Position numbers and translations under genes: made by a program. Positions 28,165 to 32,000 of a DNA stretch of 32,000 bases are shown one piece after another. Below the pieces are notes generated by a model. The model saw only the letters and a program-made list of their open reading frames with translations, made no database searches and had not been told where the DNA came from. The DNA is taken from the NCBI RefSeq assembly GCF_023585745.1, contig NZ_CP097762.1, forward strand, positions 360,001 to 392,000. The letters are read 5' to 3'. The DNA is from Candidatus Saccharimonadota bacterium. Lineage in GTDB: Bacteria; Pseudomonadota; Gammaproteobacteria; Enterobacterales; Enterobacteriaceae. Position 1 is the first letter of the stretch. Each line of letters opens with the position of its first letter.

Positions 28165-28551
28165 ATGAAAATTCAAAAAAGTGTAAAATACAACATATAT
28201 TCTGGGTTAAAAAAAAATACTGCCTGGAATGGGATAAAATTAACAAATTCAGCAATAAAACAAATTCTACATATAATAGAAAAAGATCCTACTATTTTAG
28301 GATTAAAAATTAATATAAAAAAATCAGGATGCGCAGGATTTACATATATCATGGAAACAGTTAAAACATTAAATGATGATGACTTAACTTACAAAATTAA
28401 TAGCATCAAACTATTTATACCACATGATAAAATGCCGTTTATTGACGGAACAGAAATAGATTATGTGAAAGAAGGACTAAATTATACATTTAAATTTAAT
28501 AACCCACAAGCACGAAATTTATGCGGGTGCGGTGAAAGTTTTAATATTTAA
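28165..28551 (+). CDS. sufA: Fe-S cluster A-type carrier protein SufA
   Basis: The 128-aa product has the three conserved Cys residues of the HesB/IscA family (SGCAGFTY and the C-terminal CGCGESF). It is the first gene of the sufABCD cluster. Confidence 0.92.
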   Translation: MKIQKSVKYNIYSGLKKNTAWNGIKLTNSAIKQILHIIEKDPTILGLKINIKKSGCAGFTYIMETVKTLNDDDLTYKINSIKLFIPHDKMPFIDGTEIDYVKEGLNYTFKFNNPQARNLCGCGESFNI

Positions 28552-28562
28552 AAGGCATTATT

Positions 28563-30059
28563 ATGAATAATAATAACTACAAAACACATGATTTTAATAA
28601 AAACTTAATAAAAAATAATAATTTACATTATAAAGAAGGATTTTTTACTGAATTAAACAATGATGAACTTAAAAAAGGTATAAATGAAACTGTAATTCAT
28701 GCCATTTCAAAAAAATTATCCGAACCAAAATGGATGTTAAATTTTAGACTATCTGGTTATCACGCTTGGTCTAAAATGCAAGAACCTCATTGGCTAAAAG
28801 GATATTACCAAAAACTTGATTATAATTCCTATAGTTATTTTTCTGCTCCAAAATGTTCTAATAACCATAAAAACACACAAAAAAATACAAATATCATTTC
28901 TCCTATAAATCAACCAAAATATCTTATTAAAGAGGTCCAAGATACCTTCAGTAAACTTGGCGTACCAACACAAGAATCAGGAAATGTAGCAATTGATGCA
29001 ATATTTGATTCAGTTTCTGTATATACTACTTTTCAAAATAAATTAGCAGAAAAAGGTATAATTTTTTGTTCATTGCACCATGCAATTCATAATTATCCAG
29101 ACTTGGTACGCCAATATTTAGGTACTGTGGTATCTTGCAAAGATAATTTTTTTGCCGCATTAAACGCAGCAGTAGTATCTGATGGTACATTTGTATATAT
29201 CCCTAAAAATGTACGATGTCCTATGGAGCTATCAACATATTTTCGCATAAACTCTAAAAACACTGGTCAGTTTGAACGCACTATTATAATTGCTGAATCA
29301 GGAAGTTATGTAAGTTATATTGAAGGATGTTCCGCTCCTATTCATGATCATTATCAATTACATGCAGCAGTTGTAGAAGTTATCGTACTAAAAAATGCGC
29401 AAGTAAAATACTCAACGGTACAAAACTGGTTTTCTGGAAATACACAAACAAAGAATGGAATTTTAAATTTTGTCACTAAACGTGCATTATGTGCTGGAAA
29501 AAACTCTAAAATGTCTTGGACACAATCCGAATCCGGATCTGCCATTACTTGGAAATACCCGAGTGTAATATTAAAAGGAGAAAATTCTATTGGCGAATTT
29601 TTTTCAGTTGCTGTAACAAATGGTATGCAACAAGCAGATACTGGAACTAAAATGATTCACATAGGTAAAAATACAAAATCCACGATTATTTCTAAAGGCA
29701 TATCTCTCGGAAGCAGTCAAAATACCTACAGAGGTCTAGTAAAAATTATGAACACTGCTTCAAACGCTCGAAACTTTACACAATGTGATTCTATGTTAAT
29801 AGGAGAAAAATGTAGTTCTCATACATTTCCTACAATTAAATCACATAATCATAATGCACAAATAGAACATGAAGCTACAACATCAAAAATAAGTGAAGAT
29901 CAATTGTTTTATTGTAGACAACGTGGTATCAATGAAGATAATGCTATTTCTATGATTGTTAGTGGATTCTGTAAAGATATATTTTCAAAATTACCTCTAG
30001 AATTCTCTGTAGAAGCGCAAAAATTACTAGCTATTACTTTAGAACACAGTGTTGGTTAG
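28563..30059 (+). CDS. sufB: Fe-S cluster assembly scaffold protein SufB
   Basis: The 498-aa product contains [116 protein letters not shown] and [10 protein letters not shown]. It is colinear with E. coli SufB (495 aa). Confidence 0.97.
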   Translation: MNNNNYKTHDFNKNLIKNNNLHYKEGFFTELNNDELKKGINETVIHAISKKLSEPKWMLNFRLSGYHAWSKMQEPHWLKGYYQKLDYNSYSYFSAPKCSNNHKNTQKNTNIISPINQPKYLIKEVQDTFSKLGVPTQESGNVAIDAIFDSVSVYTTFQNKLAEKGIIFCSLHHAIHNYPDLVRQYLGTVVSCKDNFFAALNAAVVSDGTFVYIPKNVRCPMELSTYFRINSKNTGQFERTIIIAESGSYVSYIEGCSAPIHDHYQLHAAVVEVIVLKNAQVKYSTVQNWFSGNTQTKNGILNFVTKRALCAGKNSKMSWTQSESGSAITWKYPSVILKGENSIGEFFSVAVTNGMQQADTGTKMIHIGKNTKSTIISKGISLGSSQNTYRGLVKIMNTASNARNFTQCDSMLIGEKCSSHTFPTIKSHNHNAQIEHEATTSKISEDQLFYCRQRGINEDNAISMIVSGFCKDIFSKLPLEFSVEAQKLLAITLEHSVG

Positions 30060-30102
30060 TAAGTTTACTCTATGTTTATATATAATAATAAAGGATAATT
30101 TA

Positions 30103-30843
30103 ATGTTATTAATAAAAAATTTGGATGTTACAATTAACAACACTTCCATCTTAAAACAATTAAACTTAAAAATTAATTCCGGAGAAATACATATAATTAT
30201 GGGACCAAACGGATCTGGAAAAAGCACATTATCCTCTGCTATATCTGGACATAAAGATTGTATTATCACTCATGGTGAAATTTTATTTAAAAACAAAAAC
30301 TTATTAACATTAAAACCAGAAGAGAGAGCTGGAGAAGGAATTTTTATTGCATTTCAACATCCAGTAGATATACCAGGAATCAGTAACCAGTTATTTCTAT
30401 ATACCGCAGTAAATGCTGTACGTGAATATCGTAAACAACCTCCTATAGACCGATTTGATTTTATTAAAATGGTTCAAAAAAAAATGACACTATTAAAAAT
30501 GCCCTTTGATTTTTTAAACAGATCAATAAACGTCGGATTTTCCGGTGGTGAAAAAAAACGTAATGATATTCTGCAAATGATGTTATTAGAACCATTACTA
30601 TGTGTTTTAGATGAAACTGACTCCGGATTAGATATAGATGCAATAAAAATTGTTTATGACAATCTAAAAACACTAAAAAATAAAACACGTTCATTTATTA
30701 TTATTACACATTACCAAAGAATACTAGAATACATTCAGCCAGACTATGTTCACATATTATATAATGGACAAATAGTAAGATCTGGTGGAATTTCTTTAGC
30801 AAAAAAACTTGAGGAAAAAGGCTATGGTTGGTTGTCCAAATAA
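30103..30843 (+). CDS. sufC: Fe-S cluster assembly ATPase SufC
   Basis: MLLIKNLDV... is colinear with E. coli SufC (MLSIKDLHV). It has Walker A (GPNGSGKST), the ABC signature (FSGGEKKR), Walker B (LCVLDETDSGLD) and the H-loop (IITHYQRIL). An AAGGA Shine-Dalgarno sequence at 30091-30095 lies 7 nt upstream. The ORF-track start at 30049 is a spurious extension that overlaps sufB. Confidence 0.95.
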   Translation: MLLIKNLDVTINNTSILKQLNLKINSGEIHIIMGPNGSGKSTLSSAISGHKDCIITHGEILFKNKNLLTLKPEERAGEGIFIAFQHPVDIPGISNQLFLYTAVNAVREYRKQPPIDRFDFIKMVQKKMTLLKMPFDFLNRSINVGFSGGEKKRNDILQMMLLEPLLCVLDETDSGLDIDAIKIVYDNLKTLKNKTRSFIIITHYQRILEYIQPDYVHILYNGQIVRSGGISLAKKLEEKGYGWLSK

Positions 30844-32000
30844 TGAAGACAGAGTATTAAATGAATGGTTTAAACTATTTAAACAAAAAAATCATACATA
30901 TTCGGATATAGCACATAAATATTGGAACTATATCAAAACATCAAAGTTAAACACTCTTAATAATAAAAATTGGAAAACTAATATATTTAATGAATTACTT
31001 ACATATAATTTGGAATTTTCTAAAAATGAAAAAATAGACATAGCCCAATACAAAAAATTAAGTCTACCCATAGACGCTTATAAATTAGTGTTTATCAATG
31101 GAAAATTTTCATATGAACTAAGTAATAAAAATATTAAACCATGGATAATAAAAATAAATCATAATCCTAATCGCTATGAAGTCCATACTGCTATAAAACC
31201 AAATACCTTTCTATATTTAACACAATGCTTAAGTGATGCGACAATACATATAAATTTGCCCCCAAATAATGCTACAACAAAACCATTATATTTAATATAT
31301 ATTACTGAAGGATCTAATATAAAAAATCAACTTATAACATCACATTATAACCACTATATAGAAATAGATAATAACTCCAAAACACATATTATAGAACATT
31401 TTGTCAATACTAATTCAAATAGTCATTTTAGTGGCTCATACATATCTATGGTAGTTAAAAATAATGCTACATTAAATCATATCAAATTAATATTCGAGAA
31501 TCGTGCAAGCTATCATATATCTCATAACGATATAAATATCGGAAAAAATTCCCAAGTAAAAAGTAACACTTTCGTAATTCTTGGTCCTAAACTCACCTAT
31601 AATAATACTTATGTAAAACTTAATTATCCACACACCTCTGTATCACTGAATAACTTATTTTTCTTATCAAAAAAAGACATTGGCACTATAAACTCATATA
31701 TTGAACATAATAATCAAGGGTATTCTTTAAGTAGACAATTACATAAAATAATAGCCTGTGAAAAAAGCACCGGCATATTTAATGGATTAATAAAAGTACA
31801 ACCAAATTCCACTCAAACTGATGGAAAAATGACCAATAACAATTTATTACTTAATAATAATGCTACCATTAACAGCACACCTAAACTTGAAATTTATTCT
31901 GATAATGTAAAATGTAGTCATGGAGCAACAATAGGTCAAATTAATAACGACCATTTATTCTATTTAAGAACAAGAGGTATATCACAGAAAAATGCATTAA
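30824..32000 (+). CDS. sufD: Fe-S cluster assembly protein SufD; the 3' end lies outside the window
   Basis: This ORF is absent from the ORF track because it has no stop within the window. My hand translation from the ATG at 30824 is open to position 31999. [19 protein letters not shown] matches E. coli MAGLPNSSNALQQWHHLF. The C-terminal part, [11 protein letters not shown]...[35 protein letters not shown], matches DGQMTNNNLLM...[35 protein letters not shown]. It overlaps sufC by 20 nt. Confidence 0.92.
   Translation, partial: [392 protein letters not shown]

Noticed and set aside
127-30694. These are all the minus-strand or antisense ORFs of 63-126 aa in the track that lie inside well-supported genes. 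Examples are 127-432, 752-991, 1085-1324, 1355-1606, 2301-2648, 3157-3396, 3575-3847, 4102-4377, 5643-5873, 10675-11055, 11556-11765, 12881-13132, 13632-13928, 14819-15073, 29354-29545, 30039-30269 and 30464-30694.
   Set aside because: Each one lies fully within, or mostly opposite, a gene with strong homology on the other strand. None shows a recognisable motif. Long antisense open frames are expected opposite A-rich codons in low-G+C genomes.
1-32000. A search by eye for tRNA, rRNA or tmRNA genes, CRISPR repeats, IS or transposase genes, integrases, toxin-antitoxin pairs or defence-system genes.
   Set aside because: I found no T-arm-like GTTCGAATC-type sequences, no G+C-rich structured islands, no regularly spaced direct repeats and no unexplained ORFs. 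Every substantial ORF is accounted for by a conserved housekeeping gene.

Overview
This window is very A+T-rich DNA: coding regions are roughly a quarter G+C, and the long spacers are about 14% by my hand count of 15181-15960. Its gene content and order match a reduced Enterobacterales-derived insect endosymbiont. A Blochmannia- or Wigglesworthia-like genome is my guess and is not verifiable here. I found no tRNA or rRNA genes, CRISPR arrays, IS elements, phage genes or defence genes.

The window is made of collapsed E. coli-like synteny blocks of housekeeping genes:
- sucB'-sucC-sucD
- tolQ-tolR-tolA-tolB-pal-cpoB
- pgl(-), gpmA, ybhL
- ychF(-), pth(-), prs(-), ispE(-)
- prfA-prmC, kdsA
- thrS-infC-rpmI-rplT-pheS-pheT
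- lplA
- sufA-sufB-sufC-sufD'

The blocks are separated by 0.2-0.8 kb featureless A+T spacers at the positions where enteric genomes carry additional genes (ybgC/cyd, a tRNA cluster, lolB/hemA, sirB1/2, ihfA).

The ORF track needs several corrections:
- infC starts at an ATT codon at 21540.
- rpmI starts at 22158.
- sufC starts at 30103.
- ybhL starts at 10505.
- sufD (30824 to the window end) is missing from the track.
- sucB runs off the 5' edge of the window.

The most interesting signal is erosion of aminoacyl-tRNA proofreading. The N-terminal TGS and editing half of thrS (19639-20261) is still recognisable but is broken by frameshifts and many stop codons. The catalytic and anticodon-binding half survives as an intact 423-aa ORF. 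In the neighbouring pheT, all four classical editing-site residues of the PheRS beta subunit appear substituted. The remaining observations are modest and are scored accordingly: conserved infC AUU start logic, candidate terminators and operators, A/T-only inverted repeats, slippage-prone poly(A) tracts, and a shrunken TolA.
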